From: Candidatus Latescibacterota bacterium
Lineage (GTDB): Bacteria > Latescibacterota > UBA2968 > UBA8231
Assembly: GCA_965242865.1 (NCBI GenBank)
Contig: CBDETK010000013.1
Coordinates: 4,864,001-4,928,000 of the forward strand
Direction of reading: 5' to 3'
DNA length: 64,000 bases
Both the position numbers and the translations under genes were made by a program. The notes under the pieces were generated by a model, which saw only the letters and a list, made by a program, of their open reading frames with translations, was not told where the DNA came from and made no database searches. The first letter of the stretch is position 1. Every line of letters starts with the position of its first letter. This document shows positions 33,967 through 43,104 of the stretch, piece by piece.

Positions 33967-34820
33967 GACGAGACCCGCCCTAGACGCGGGTTGGCGATGC
34001 GATCCAATCCCATGGAGACGAGGAACAAGCCGAGAAAAATCAGCACGATCATCGCGATCGGCGGCGCCCACCACCACCACATTCCCCGCAGCAGCGAGGT
34101 GTAGTACAAAGCCCAGTAGATGGTCATTCCGAGCGTCGGCTCGTTTTGGGGGCCTAGGCCCAGCGCTTCTAGCCCAATGGAGGCCAGCACGGCCGCGGCG
34201 ACCGCACTGACGAAGCTGGCCGCTAGATAGGGCAGCAGGTTCGGCAGCAGCTCGCGGGCGATGATTTCGAGGTCCCGCATGCCGGACAGCCGCGCCACCT
34301 GCACGTACGCGCGCTCGCGCATCGACAGCACCTGCGAGCGAATGGTGCGCGTCGGCAGCATCCACGCCAGCGAGGCCACCACCAAGGCCATCATATCGAC
34401 GGTGACGGCCGTGCGCAGCGAAGTGGCCAGCACCACGAGAAACAGCAGGCCGGGCACGGTCAGCAGCACGTCGGCCGCGCCCCGGATTAGGGTATCGACG
34501 AAGCCGCCAAAGTACCCGGCGAGGAAGCCGAGGACGATGCCGATGCCAAGCCCCACAGCCCCGGCGAGAAAGCCGACTCGGAGCGTGAGCGGCGTACCAG
34601 CCACCATCACCGCGAGCAGGTCCCGGCCGGCCGCGTCCGTGCCGAGCAGGTACTCCAGCGATGGCGACAGATTGGGCACGGCCGAGCCAACGCGCGCTAG
34701 ATCCGTATCGACGAATACGGCCCCCAGCGGGCCGAAGGCCAGCACGGCGAAAACCACGATTGAGCCGGCCGCAAGCTGGGGATGGCGGCGCGCGGCCGCC
34801 GCAATCGGCGAGAGGGTCAT
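33963..34820 (-). CDS. ABC transporter permease (OppC-like)
   Basis: LLGTDAAGRD, EAA-like loop RERAYVQVARLSG, WWWWAPP. Confidence 0.92.
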   Translation of the reverse strand: MTLSPIAAAARRHPQLAAGSIVVFAVLAFGPLGAVFVDTDLARVGSAVPNLSPSLEYLLGTDAAGRDLLAVMVAGTPLTLRVGFLAGAVGLGIGIVLGFLAGYFGGFVDTLIRGAADVLLTVPGLLFLVVLATSLRTAVTVDMMALVVASLAWMLPTRTIRSQVLSMRERAYVQVARLSGMRDLEIIARELLPNLLPYLAASFVSAVAAAVLASIGLEALGLGPQNEPTLGMTIYWALYYTSLLRGMWWWWAPPIAMIVLIFLGLFLVSMGLDRIANPRLGRVSS

Positions 34821-34913
34821 CCCGGGCACTCCACTTTTTTGACTCCGCATTAAACCGGACAGAAAGCTACCGAGTGTAAATATAATGACAAATTACTGCC
34901 GGTATCCGCAACG

Positions 34914-35915
34914 TCATCGGCGGTAGGCAATGCGCGGGTCGAGGAGCGGGTAGATCAAGTCGAGAATCAGGGTCGCCACGGCAATGGCGAGGATGACCAT
35001 GAGCACGACTCCATAGATGACGAAGTAGTCAAAGGTCTGCACGGCGCGGTACAGGACCGTGCCCACCCCCGGATACGCGAACACCACCTCCACCAGCACG
35101 GCCCCAGACACGACGTAGCCCATGGCCAGCGCCAAGGCCGTGGTCTGCGGCAACAGCGCGTTGCGCAGCGCGTAGCGGAAGAAGATGTCGCGGCTCTTCA
35201 GGCCCCGCGCCTCGGCGTAGTTGACGTAATCCTCGCCTTGGACGGTGATCATCATGCCGCGCATGGACAACGCCCAAAACCCCACCGACGACAGCGCGAT
35301 GGACAGGCCGGGGACGATGGAGTGATAGAGCACATCCAAGGCAAAGGCCCAAGTCAGCCCGGGCAGGGTTCCCAAGGTGAAGCCGCCGCCGAGGGGAAAG
35401 GCCCGCAGGGTGAAGCCGAGGAGAAAGACCAGTACTAGGCCGAGCAGGTAGTAGGGGATGGCCGACAGGGCGAGGAAGGGCGCGGCCAAGTAGTGCAGGG
35501 CACTCGGGGATCGCGGCCAAGCCAGCAACGCGCCGAGCACCGTGCCAAGGGCAAAGGCAATCAGCGTGGCGGTCGTCAGCAGCCCGATCGTCCACGGCAG
35601 GGCGCGCAGGATGATATCGGAAGTGCGGCTGGGAAAGTTGGCAATGGACACCCCAAAGTCGAGGCGGGCCACATCCCCGAGGTAGCGGAAATACTGCTTC
35701 CACAGGGGTTGGTCGAGCCCGAAGCGGGCCTCGTACGTGGCCACCACCGCCTCCATGTCGGTCTTGCCCGCGCCGCCAAAGGAGACCGCTTGCAACAGAC
35801 GCTCGCGGATGGGGTTCACCGGGGCCAGCCGGGGCAGCAGGAAGTTGATGGTGGCCCCCGCCCACACGACTAGGAGGAATACTCCGAGGCGGCGGAAGAC
35901 GTAGTTGAGCGACAA
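34914..35915 (-). CDS. ABC transporter permease (OppB-like)
   Basis: FGLDQPLWKQY, EDYVNYAEARGL, EVVFAYPGVG, LDPRI. Confidence 0.93.
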   Translation of the reverse strand: MSLNYVFRRLGVFLLVVWAGATINFLLPRLAPVNPIRERLLQAVSFGGAGKTDMEAVVATYEARFGLDQPLWKQYFRYLGDVARLDFGVSIANFPSRTSDIILRALPWTIGLLTTATLIAFALGTVLGALLAWPRSPSALHYLAAPFLALSAIPYYLLGLVLVFLLGFTLRAFPLGGGFTLGTLPGLTWAFALDVLYHSIVPGLSIALSSVGFWALSMRGMMITVQGEDYVNYAEARGLKSRDIFFRYALRNALLPQTTALALAMGYVVSGAVLVEVVFAYPGVGTVLYRAVQTFDYFVIYGVVLMVILAIAVATLILDLIYPLLDPRIAYRR

Positions 35916-35916
35916 G

Positions 35917-37059
35917 TCAGCGCGACTCCGCGGCCAAGAAACCGAGGTCCTCGCGCGCCGCGTTGCGGGCCACCTCCTCGTCGAGTGCGACCCCGAGGCC
36001 GGGCGTCTGCGGCAAGGCGATTTGCCCGTTGGCGATCAGATCGCGTTCCACCGTGAGGCTGTTCCACAGCGCGTTGTCGAGGTGGTGGAACTCCAGCACT
36101 TGAAAATTGGGGGAAGCAGCGCAGGCGTGGCACATAGCCACAGTGCCGATTGGGCTACAGATATTGTGCGGTGAAATCGGGATGTAGTAGGTGTCGGCCA
36201 AATCGGCGATGCGCCGGCCCTCGGACAGGCCGCCGGCCTTGGCCAGATCGGGCGAGATGATGTCTGCGGCCTGCGTCTCGACCAACTCGCGGAACCCGTG
36301 GCGCGTGTACAGGTTTTCGCCGGTGCAAATCGGCGTGCGCGTGGCCGCCTTCACCTCCTTGAGCGCGGCGACGTTTTCGGCCGGAATTGGATCTTCCAGC
36401 CACATCAAATTCAGGGCTTCAAAGGCGTAGGCAACCTTGAGAATGTCGTGCGGCGCGTAGGCCCAGTGGGCGTCGATGAGCAAGTCCGTGTTGGGATGCA
36501 ATGCCTCGCGGATGGCCGTGACCACTTCGATGTGGAAGGCGATGTCGCGGTTGCTCATGGTTCGGTTGTAGCGGTCGCGCCGGTCGGGACGCGGGTCAAT
36601 GTCGAACTTGATGGCGTCAAAGCCGCGGGCTTCCACCTGCTTGGCCTTGGCGACCCACGATTCGGCCTCGTCGGCCTCGTCGCCGGCGTGACAGTCGTTG
36701 TACACGCGAATCGAGTCGCGGTACGCGCCGCCCAGTAGCTGCCAGATCGGCACGCCAATCGCCTGCCCGGCAATGTCCCACAACGCCATCTCAATGCCGC
36801 TGATCGCGCTCATCACCGCGCCTTGGTAGTACCCGGACGCGGACATCGCGCTTTTCATGTCGCGGAAGAGCTTATCCACGTTGCGCGGGTCTTGGCCGAT
36901 GAGGGCGCGTTGGGTCAGGCGTTCATCCACGGCGATGTGGTGGACGCCGGCTCCGTGATAGGCTTCGCCCAAGCCGGTGATTCCCGCGTCCGTGTACACC
37001 TTCACCAACACCCAAGGCATAGGTTGCAGGAGCACGGCCCCCACACCAACAATTTTCAT
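35917..37059 (-). CDS. Mandelate racemase/muconate lactonizing (enolase superfamily) sugar-acid dehydratase, galactonate dehydratase-like
   Basis: SGIEMALWDIAG, KFD, IDAH, WLEDP, TGEN, SPHN; first gene of the ABC operon. Confidence 0.9.
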   Translation of the reverse strand: MKIVGVGAVLLQPMPWVLVKVYTDAGITGLGEAYHGAGVHHIAVDERLTQRALIGQDPRNVDKLFRDMKSAMSASGYYQGAVMSAISGIEMALWDIAGQAIGVPIWQLLGGAYRDSIRVYNDCHAGDEADEAESWVAKAKQVEARGFDAIKFDIDPRPDRRDRYNRTMSNRDIAFHIEVVTAIREALHPNTDLLIDAHWAYAPHDILKVAYAFEALNLMWLEDPIPAENVAALKEVKAATRTPICTGENLYTRHGFRELVETQAADIISPDLAKAGGLSEGRRIADLADTYYIPISPHNICSPIGTVAMCHACAASPNFQVLEFHHLDNALWNSLTVERDLIANGQIALPQTPGLGVALDEEVARNAAREDLGFLAAESR

Positions 37060-37205
37060 GTCCTATTCTCCTCGTCTGTCGGGATCAAACTGCTTCGCAG
37101 CCATTGAATGAGGCCGGCCGGCTTGTTACTTTGGACGCGGTGGCTAAAACGCCGCCAAAATATCGCCTCCCCCACCTTCCGTCAAGCGCGCTTAGGAGAA
37201 CCAAC

Positions 37206-38039
37206 ATGCTCGGACTCAACCAACAGCAACTCAACTTTTTCGACACCTTCGGCTACCTCGCGCTGCCGGGGTTGATGGCCGACTGCATCGAGGAGATCAC
37301 CGACGCGTTTGAGCAGGTGTGGGCCGAGCGCGGCGGGGGCCACGACGGGCAACCGCACGACAGCCAACGGCGTTCCTGCATCGTGCCCTTCATCGATCAA
37401 CACGAGCGGCTGTGTGCGCTGCTCGACGATCCGCGCATTGAGGGGTTGCTGGCCAGCCTGCTCGGCGACGACTTCAACTACAGCAGCTCGGACGGCAACT
37501 ACTACGCCGGCGACACCCAGTGGCATTCCGATGGCTACCAAAAGGAGGTGCGCCACGTCAAAATAGCCTTCTACCTCGACGACCTAACGCGCGACACCGG
37601 CTGCCTGCGCGTGATCCCGGGCAGCCATCGGCGCGGCGATCAGTACGCCGAGGCGCTCGAAGCGCAGGCGCGCCAATCGCAAGCGCAGTGGGGCCTGGCT
37701 GGCGACCAAGTGCCGGCGGTCGCGCTCGAAATCGTCCGCGGCGACGTCGTCGTCTTTCAGCACAACCTCAAACACGCTGCCTTCGGGGGCGGCGGTCGTC
37801 GCCGCATGTTCACCATCAACTGCATGGTGCGCGTCCCCGACGATCAGATCGACCTCGTCAAACAGGACCTCGCCGGGCTGGCCCGCTTCTGGGCCGAGCG
37901 CGCTTACGGCGAAACCATGATCGCCACGGCCAGCAAACGCCGCATGGTGCATCTCGAACAGCGAATGGCCCACGACGGGCACCTCAAAAAACTAGCGGCG
38001 CAGGCGCGGTCGGAGATGGCCGAGCCGGCGCGGGGATAG
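37206..38039 (+). CDS. Phytanoyl-CoA dioxygenase (PhyH) family Fe/2OG enzyme
   Basis: FFDTFGYL, WHSD, GCLRVIPGSH, GDVVVF..NLKH...RR; ATG 37206 after AGGAG. Confidence 0.88.
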   Translation: MLGLNQQQLNFFDTFGYLALPGLMADCIEEITDAFEQVWAERGGGHDGQPHDSQRRSCIVPFIDQHERLCALLDDPRIEGLLASLLGDDFNYSSSDGNYYAGDTQWHSDGYQKEVRHVKIAFYLDDLTRDTGCLRVIPGSHRRGDQYAEALEAQARQSQAQWGLAGDQVPAVALEIVRGDVVVFQHNLKHAAFGGGGRRRMFTINCMVRVPDDQIDLVKQDLAGLARFWAERAYGETMIATASKRRMVHLEQRMAHDGHLKKLAAQARSEMAEPARG

Positions 38040-38053
38040 GGGGATAGGCCATT

Positions 38054-38980
38054 ATGAGCGACCACTACGAATTCAAAATGGGGATTTACCTCGGCGAGCT
38101 GCAGCAGCCCTTTGAGCAATCGCTGGCAACGGCCCGCGCCCTCGGGGCGCGCTACGTCTGGTGCGGCACTCACTCGGCCAATCGCAACCTGTACGAGCTT
38201 TCCGACGCCGAGATAGACCGAGCCGCCGCGCAGGTGGCCGCGCACGGTCTCGAGTTTTTCCTGCTCGACGGGGCCGGGTTGTTCAAGACCGTCCACCTCG
38301 CCGAGCTCGAGCCGGGCAACATGCTCAAACACGCCCAGTTCAAGGAGCACTTCGACAAGCTAGACCGGTCCATGGAGGTTTCGGCTCGCTTGGGCATCGG
38401 CGCGGTCGGCTGTAGCAGCTTTGCTTGGCCGGCCGAGTACACCGGCGGCAAGCCCACTTGGCCGATGCGCTGGGCGACCCGGGGCGGCATCATCTCCGAC
38501 GGCGATATGGAAAAGCTCATCGAGGCGTTCTCCATGTTCGCCGACCTCGCCGAGCAACGCGACGTAGATATCGCCTTCCTGATGATGCAGTGGAACTACG
38601 GCAACACCAGCCGCAACTTCCGCCGCATCGTCGAGGCGGTCGGCTCGCGGCGGTTCAAGGTGCTGTGGTGCCCGGCGGACAACTACAACTGCGGCGAAAT
38701 CGACAATGCCACCGCCGGCTTTGAAAACCTGCGCCCCTACCTACACGGCGTCCACGCCAAAGACCTGCGCACCCTAAACGGCGCCAAGCTCGAATTCGAG
38801 TACGCGCCCATCGGCGAGGGCGACGTGGATTACCCGACGATCTTGCGCAACCTGCGCGACAACCGCTGCGACGTCGTCCTGTCGATTGCCACCCATTTCC
38901 TGCCGGAAAGCGGCTCGCGCCTCGAAGCGATGCAGACCAACTACGCCAACATCGGCCGGCTAATCCGGGAGTTGTCCTAG
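38054..38980 (+). CDS. Sugar phosphate isomerase/epimerase (xylose isomerase-like TIM barrel)
   Basis: WCPADN, HGVHAKD, PIGEGDVDYPTIL, VLSIATH. Confidence 0.78.
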   Translation: MSDHYEFKMGIYLGELQQPFEQSLATARALGARYVWCGTHSANRNLYELSDAEIDRAAAQVAAHGLEFFLLDGAGLFKTVHLAELEPGNMLKHAQFKEHFDKLDRSMEVSARLGIGAVGCSSFAWPAEYTGGKPTWPMRWATRGGIISDGDMEKLIEAFSMFADLAEQRDVDIAFLMMQWNYGNTSRNFRRIVEAVGSRRFKVLWCPADNYNCGEIDNATAGFENLRPYLHGVHAKDLRTLNGAKLEFEYAPIGEGDVDYPTILRNLRDNRCDVVLSIATHFLPESGSRLEAMQTNYANIGRLIRELS

Positions 38981-39076
38981 CCGCCTCGGCATCGAATCCG
39001 ATCTGGGCGCGATGCTCGTAAGAAGAGTTGGCCGATCTTACGTGCTCTTGAGGGATGACCTTAGGCTAGGGCTATT

Positions 39077-40360
39077 TTACTCCCGCACGAACTTAGGCCG
39101 GCCACAGCCATCGTTGACCACGTAACTGCGCGCTGGAATCGCCGCGTGGTCGGGAATGACTAAGTCCAGCGGCGAGGCGTTCTCAATGACCGTGCCGGCC
39201 CCCACCCGCACCCCGGCCCCCAATTTAATCGCGCCCGGTCGCACATCCCCCACCCTGAGCGTACCAATAGAGACCGACACGCCGATCCGGCAATCCGGGC
39301 CGATCGCGACGATGCCGTTGATTTCGGTGTTGGCCCCAATCGCCGTGCGGTCGCCCACCTGCACGGGGCCGAAAATCCCGGCATCCGTCCCGATAAACAC
39401 GTAGTCGCCGATGGTGGGATGGCGCTGCTGCACCTTGCCGCTGAGGCCGCCCAAAGTACACGGATAAAGGTGGCATCCGCTGCCAAGGATTCCCGTCTGT
39501 CCGGTGGTTATGCCGCGATGGGGATGGTCGAGGAAGTTGGCGTCGCCAATTTGCGTTTCGGGGTGGATGTCGGCTTGGTAGTAGCGCCCCCCCAACTCGG
39601 CAATGGCCCGCGGCAGCAGGGGCACCGGCCGCCGCGTCAGCCCGGCTTCGCCCTGCACCGGGCCGGAGCGCGTTAGGGCATGGGCAATATCGTGGTAGAA
39701 CAGCACCCGCCAGCCCGGATACGTACTCATCACGAGTTGCATCTGGTAGTCGAAAATAAAATCGCACTCCAGCGCGTCGAGAAAGCGGCGATAGTGGTCG
39801 AAGTCGCGGCGGCGCATGGTCTCGTCCAAGGCGGCCCGGAAGTCGATCTCTAGCAGCTGCTCTTGATTCAACCCGCAATTGTCGAGCAAATAGGCGTCCC
39901 ACACGGCCGGATCCCTAAGCGCGGCAAAGCGGTTCCAGCGGGCGCGGGTCTTGTAAGCGGGCAATTCCCACAGCAAGCAGCAGGTGTTCATCAGGGCCTT
40001 CTCCTCGGCCCCTTCGCTCGCACCGACCGCCAAAAGCGACTGGGCGATCATCGCGTAGAGCTGGTCGGCAATCTCGCCGATGGCCTCGTCGAGCGACGGC
40101 TTTTGCGGCCTCGGCCCCAAGGCGTTGTGCGACCCTGGAGCGACGCATTCGAGCAAGTTGCCCAACACCGTTTCGAGCAGGTCGCGGTTGACAAACCCGC
40201 GCCCGGAACGCTGGGAGAGAATGTCCCGATCGACCGCGTCAATGCGCAGCGCGGCGATCTCCTCCGAAGTGTAAATCGGCACCAACCGCTCCAGCAGCCG
40301 CTCCAGCAAGGCCCACTTGCGGCGTTGATACGAACTGTCGAAAAGCGTGGAATTGTTCAT
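39077..40360 (-). CDS. Serine O-acetyltransferase-like (left-handed beta-helix) protein with long N-terminal extension
   Basis: ADIHPETQIG, FLDH, TLGG, RHPTIGDYVFIG, extra hexapeptide repeats; start revised to ATG 40360. Confidence 0.7.
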   Translation of the reverse strand: MNNSTLFDSSYQRRKWALLERLLERLVPIYTSEEIAALRIDAVDRDILSQRSGRGFVNRDLLETVLGNLLECVAPGSHNALGPRPQKPSLDEAIGEIADQLYAMIAQSLLAVGASEGAEEKALMNTCCLLWELPAYKTRARWNRFAALRDPAVWDAYLLDNCGLNQEQLLEIDFRAALDETMRRRDFDHYRRFLDALECDFIFDYQMQLVMSTYPGWRVLFYHDIAHALTRSGPVQGEAGLTRRPVPLLPRAIAELGGRYYQADIHPETQIGDANFLDHPHRGITTGQTGILGSGCHLYPCTLGGLSGKVQQRHPTIGDYVFIGTDAGIFGPVQVGDRTAIGANTEINGIVAIGPDCRIGVSVSIGTLRVGDVRPGAIKLGAGVRVGAGTVIENASPLDLVIPDHAAIPARSYVVNDGCGRPKFVRE

Positions 40361-40450
40361 GGTTTGCTCCCCATTCTTCCGCCTCATAACTTTAACGAAA
40401 CTTACGGAACGCCCGTCGGGTTGCAACCCGGCTCACCACAGGGAGAAACC

Positions 40451-41236
40451 ATGCACCCGCTCGAATCGCTAGTAGTACCCGAAGGCTCCGTCGGCATCCA
40501 CTGGTTTGGCCAGAGCACCTTTGCCCTCAAGGACGCGCAAGGGACCATCGTCCAAGTCGATCCCTACTACCCCCGCGAGCGGCCCGCCGACCGCTTCATC
40601 CACGCCCGGCCCCCGCTCCACGAGGCCGCCCTGCACACGGATTTCGTGCTCCTGACCCACGACCACAGCGACCACACGTGTCCAGAGTCCATTGCCCGCA
40701 TTGCCGCGGCCTATCCCGCCGTGCAGATCGTCGGCCCGGCCGAGAGCATCCAGCGCGTGCGCAGCGCGGGCATTCCGGTCGCGGCAACCGCGGTGGCCGC
40801 TGGGGACGCCGCCCCGCTGGGCACCATGACGGCCCACGCCGTGTATGCCAAGCCCCCCGAGGGCCTGCCCGGCGACGGCATCGCCCCGCCCGATGTGACC
40901 CACCTCGGCTACGTGCTAGCGGCCGGTGGGGTGCGCGTGTACATCTCCGGCGATCCGGTCAACACGTTTGCCGAGCACCAAGCCCTACTCGCGCCCATCC
41001 GCGCCCTCGCGCCCGACATCGGGCTGCTGACCAATCACCCCAGCGAAGGGGAATTTCCCTTTTTTGCCGGCTCGGCCAAAATGGCCACGGCGCTCGGCCT
41101 CAAGGCCGCGGTGCCGGCCCATTACGCCTGCTTTGTCGCTCGCAACTACGATCCGCAAGAGTGGGCGGCCGCGTTCGCCGGGGTCGAGCCGCTGATCATC
41201 CCGTACAACCAATCCGCAGTCTATGCGCCCGGCTAG
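40451..41236 (+). CDS. MBL-fold metallo-hydrolase (UlaG-like)
   Basis: WFGQS, VDPY, THDHSDH, YISGD, VPAHY; ATG 40451 after GGAG. Confidence 0.88.
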   Translation: MHPLESLVVPEGSVGIHWFGQSTFALKDAQGTIVQVDPYYPRERPADRFIHARPPLHEAALHTDFVLLTHDHSDHTCPESIARIAAAYPAVQIVGPAESIQRVRSAGIPVAATAVAAGDAAPLGTMTAHAVYAKPPEGLPGDGIAPPDVTHLGYVLAAGGVRVYISGDPVNTFAEHQALLAPIRALAPDIGLLTNHPSEGEFPFFAGSAKMATALGLKAAVPAHYACFVARNYDPQEWAAAFAGVEPLIIPYNQSAVYAPG

Positions 41237-41256
41237 CGCACCGGGGGCCGGGCGTG

Positions 41257-41287
41257 TTGATTTTCTCGCCTTCATTATTTATACATA
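41257..41287 (+). promoter_or_regulatory. Putative sigma70 promoter of the surface-protein operon
   Basis: TTGATT, about 17 bp, then an AT-rich TATACAT element in a GC-rich genome; AAGGAG RBS before 41348. Confidence 0.4.
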
Positions 41288-41347
41288 CTACGCAGTTAGC
41301 GCGTCGTAGGTTTTAAGCACTCACTTCAAACGCAAGGAGTTAGGATT

Positions 41348-42295
41348 ATGCGGCGATTTGCAATCGCAGGCGTCTTTAGCCTCGCCCTCGTGGGGGCGGC
41401 CAATGCCCAGTTTTTCGATCCGCCGGCCTTAGAGGATCGCAATGGCAGTCAGGGGTTTTGGTTTTACATGCTCGAAGTCCCCGATCCCGGGGGCATCACC
41501 ATCGACGGCCACAGCGAGGACTGGGCTTGGTTTGACCCAGAGTACACCTTGACCATGGACGAGTGGCGCGACGAAGGCGACCGGCCGGCCCCCGACCGCG
41601 ACGACTTGTTCATCACCACCTTCATGGGCTGGAAGGGCGGCGACGACAACCGCTGGTACTGCTTTTTGGAAGCGGTTGACGATGTGCTGGCCCACGCCGG
41701 CACCAATATCGCCCGCTGGGATGGCGACATGCTACAAGTCGGCCTCGATCCGCAGGATCACGGCCGCGAGCGCAGCCCGGCTTCGGGCTACACCATGGAG
41801 TGGCTGATGGCCCCGGGCGACCTCAGCCCGCCGACCAACGTCGCTTTCCGCTACACCGAGCAAGAAGCGTGGGCCGAGTACGGGGAATCGCCGTGGATCG
41901 AAATGGCCGTGCGCGTCGATCCGCCCGAAGCGTGGGCGGCCGACCTGTGGACCGCGGGCGGCACCACGTTCTACGAGTGGAGCGTCAAGGTCCTCGCCTT
42001 CCAAGAGGACGCCGGCCCATCGGCGAGCGAGGAGTGGCAGCTCGACGCGGTCGCCGGCGAAGAGGGGTCGGGCCTGCCTTTCGCCATGTGGTACGAAGAC
42101 GGCGAAGGGCCGGATTCGAGCTTCTCGCCCAATGACGACGGCACCCCAGGCGGTCGCAACGATTGGACTACCCGCGGCCCCGAAGCCTCGTCTCGGCAGT
42201 ACTACTCCATTGCCAAGCTGCTGCAAATGGGCGAGTACACCAGCCCCACCTCGGTTGAAGCCTCGACTTGGGGCAAGATCAAGGACTCGTTTTAA
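41348..42295 (+). CDS. Secreted CBM9/DOMON-like protein with C-terminal TSVEASTWGKIK motif
   Basis: Signal peptide ending ANA-Q; ITIDGHSEDW and DMLQVGLDP resemble CBM9-like domains; acidic, Trp-rich; TWGKIK tail. Confidence 0.75.
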   Translation: MRRFAIAGVFSLALVGAANAQFFDPPALEDRNGSQGFWFYMLEVPDPGGITIDGHSEDWAWFDPEYTLTMDEWRDEGDRPAPDRDDLFITTFMGWKGGDDNRWYCFLEAVDDVLAHAGTNIARWDGDMLQVGLDPQDHGRERSPASGYTMEWLMAPGDLSPPTNVAFRYTEQEAWAEYGESPWIEMAVRVDPPEAWAADLWTAGGTTFYEWSVKVLAFQEDAGPSASEEWQLDAVAGEEGSGLPFAMWYEDGEGPDSSFSPNDDGTPGGRNDWTTRGPEASSRQYYSIAKLLQMGEYTSPTSVEASTWGKIKDSF

Positions 42296-42324
42296 GCAAC
42301 AAGCACCGCAGTACGCAAGAATCC

Positions 42325-42364
42325 GTCGGGCCAATTAGAACCTTAATTGGCCTGACTTCTTTTT
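42325..42364 (+). terminator. Rho-independent terminator inside the operon
   Basis: 13-bp stem GTCGGGCCAATTA / TAATTGGCCTGAC (one G-U pair) followed by TTCTTTTT. Confidence 0.8.
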
Positions 42365-42378
42365 GTAGGGAGTGCATC

Positions 42379-43104
42379 GTGTTCAACCGGCTCTGGGCTT
42401 GGTCCTTTCTGTTGATCCCGCTGGTGGGAGCGGTGGGAGCTTGCGGTCGCTACTTTCACACGCCGCTCGAGCCGGCCAGCCGCCAAGCCGAGGGCATGAC
42501 CATCAACGACGATGGCTCCATCACCTACGCCCTCGACCGCTTGTCGATTGAGCTCAAGCCCATGATGGACGCGGAATTAAACCGCCTAGCTCCCGGGCCA
42601 GACCCGTCCGTCAACCCCTATACCTTTGGCGAGTGGACGGCCCCGGGCGACTCGTGGACGCCGCCGCGCTTTACCGTCTTTCGGCTCAAGGTCAACAACT
42701 ATCAATTTCCCAAGGTCGCGATCGACCCGCTCAACGCGCGCATTACCGCGGCCAACACCCGGCAGTACGAGGCGCTGAGCTACGCCCAATTATACCACTA
42801 CTTTCGCTCGTATTGGCTCGGCCGCACGGGCCAAGGGCGCAAGACCTTTCAGGCCCGCACGGACGCCCTCAAGCGGACGCTGTACAGCGGGGCCTTAGTC
42901 TTTAGCGGCAGCGAGGAACAAGGGTATTTGGTCTTTCCCCGCCTCGCGGACGACGTCCGGGCGATCCAAGTACACCTCAAAGACATCGTCTTGCGCTTTG
43001 ATTATGCCGACGCGCCCGTAGAGGCCATGGACCTGCGCTTCTCCTTTGAGCGCGACACCCTGCAAGGGTACGACCGCTCGACCGCAGTGCGGCTCAACCG
43101 ATGA
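42379..43104 (+). CDS. Hypothetical lipoprotein
   Basis: GTG start after AGGGAG; hydrophobic leader with lipobox VGAC; stop overlaps the next ATG (ATGA). Confidence 0.75.
   Translation: MFNRLWAWSFLLIPLVGAVGACGRYFHTPLEPASRQAEGMTINDDGSITYALDRLSIELKPMMDAELNRLAPGPDPSVNPYTFGEWTAPGDSWTPPRFTVFRLKVNNYQFPKVAIDPLNARITAANTRQYEALSYAQLYHYFRSYWLGRTGQGRKTFQARTDALKRTLYSGALVFSGSEEQGYLVFPRLADDVRAIQVHLKDIVLRFDYADAPVEAMDLRFSFERDTLQGYDRSTAVRLNR

Noticed and set aside
34821-34913. AT-rich spacer between the permease genes containing TATAAT (+) and TTGTCA (-)
   Set aside because: No well-spaced -35/-10 pair; not enough to call an internal or antisense promoter.
38985-39045. Short inverted repeats (GCATCG/CGATGC, CGTAAGA/TCTTACG) as an ncRNA
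   Set aside because: Short stems with long loops between convergent genes; more simply a weak terminator or chance.
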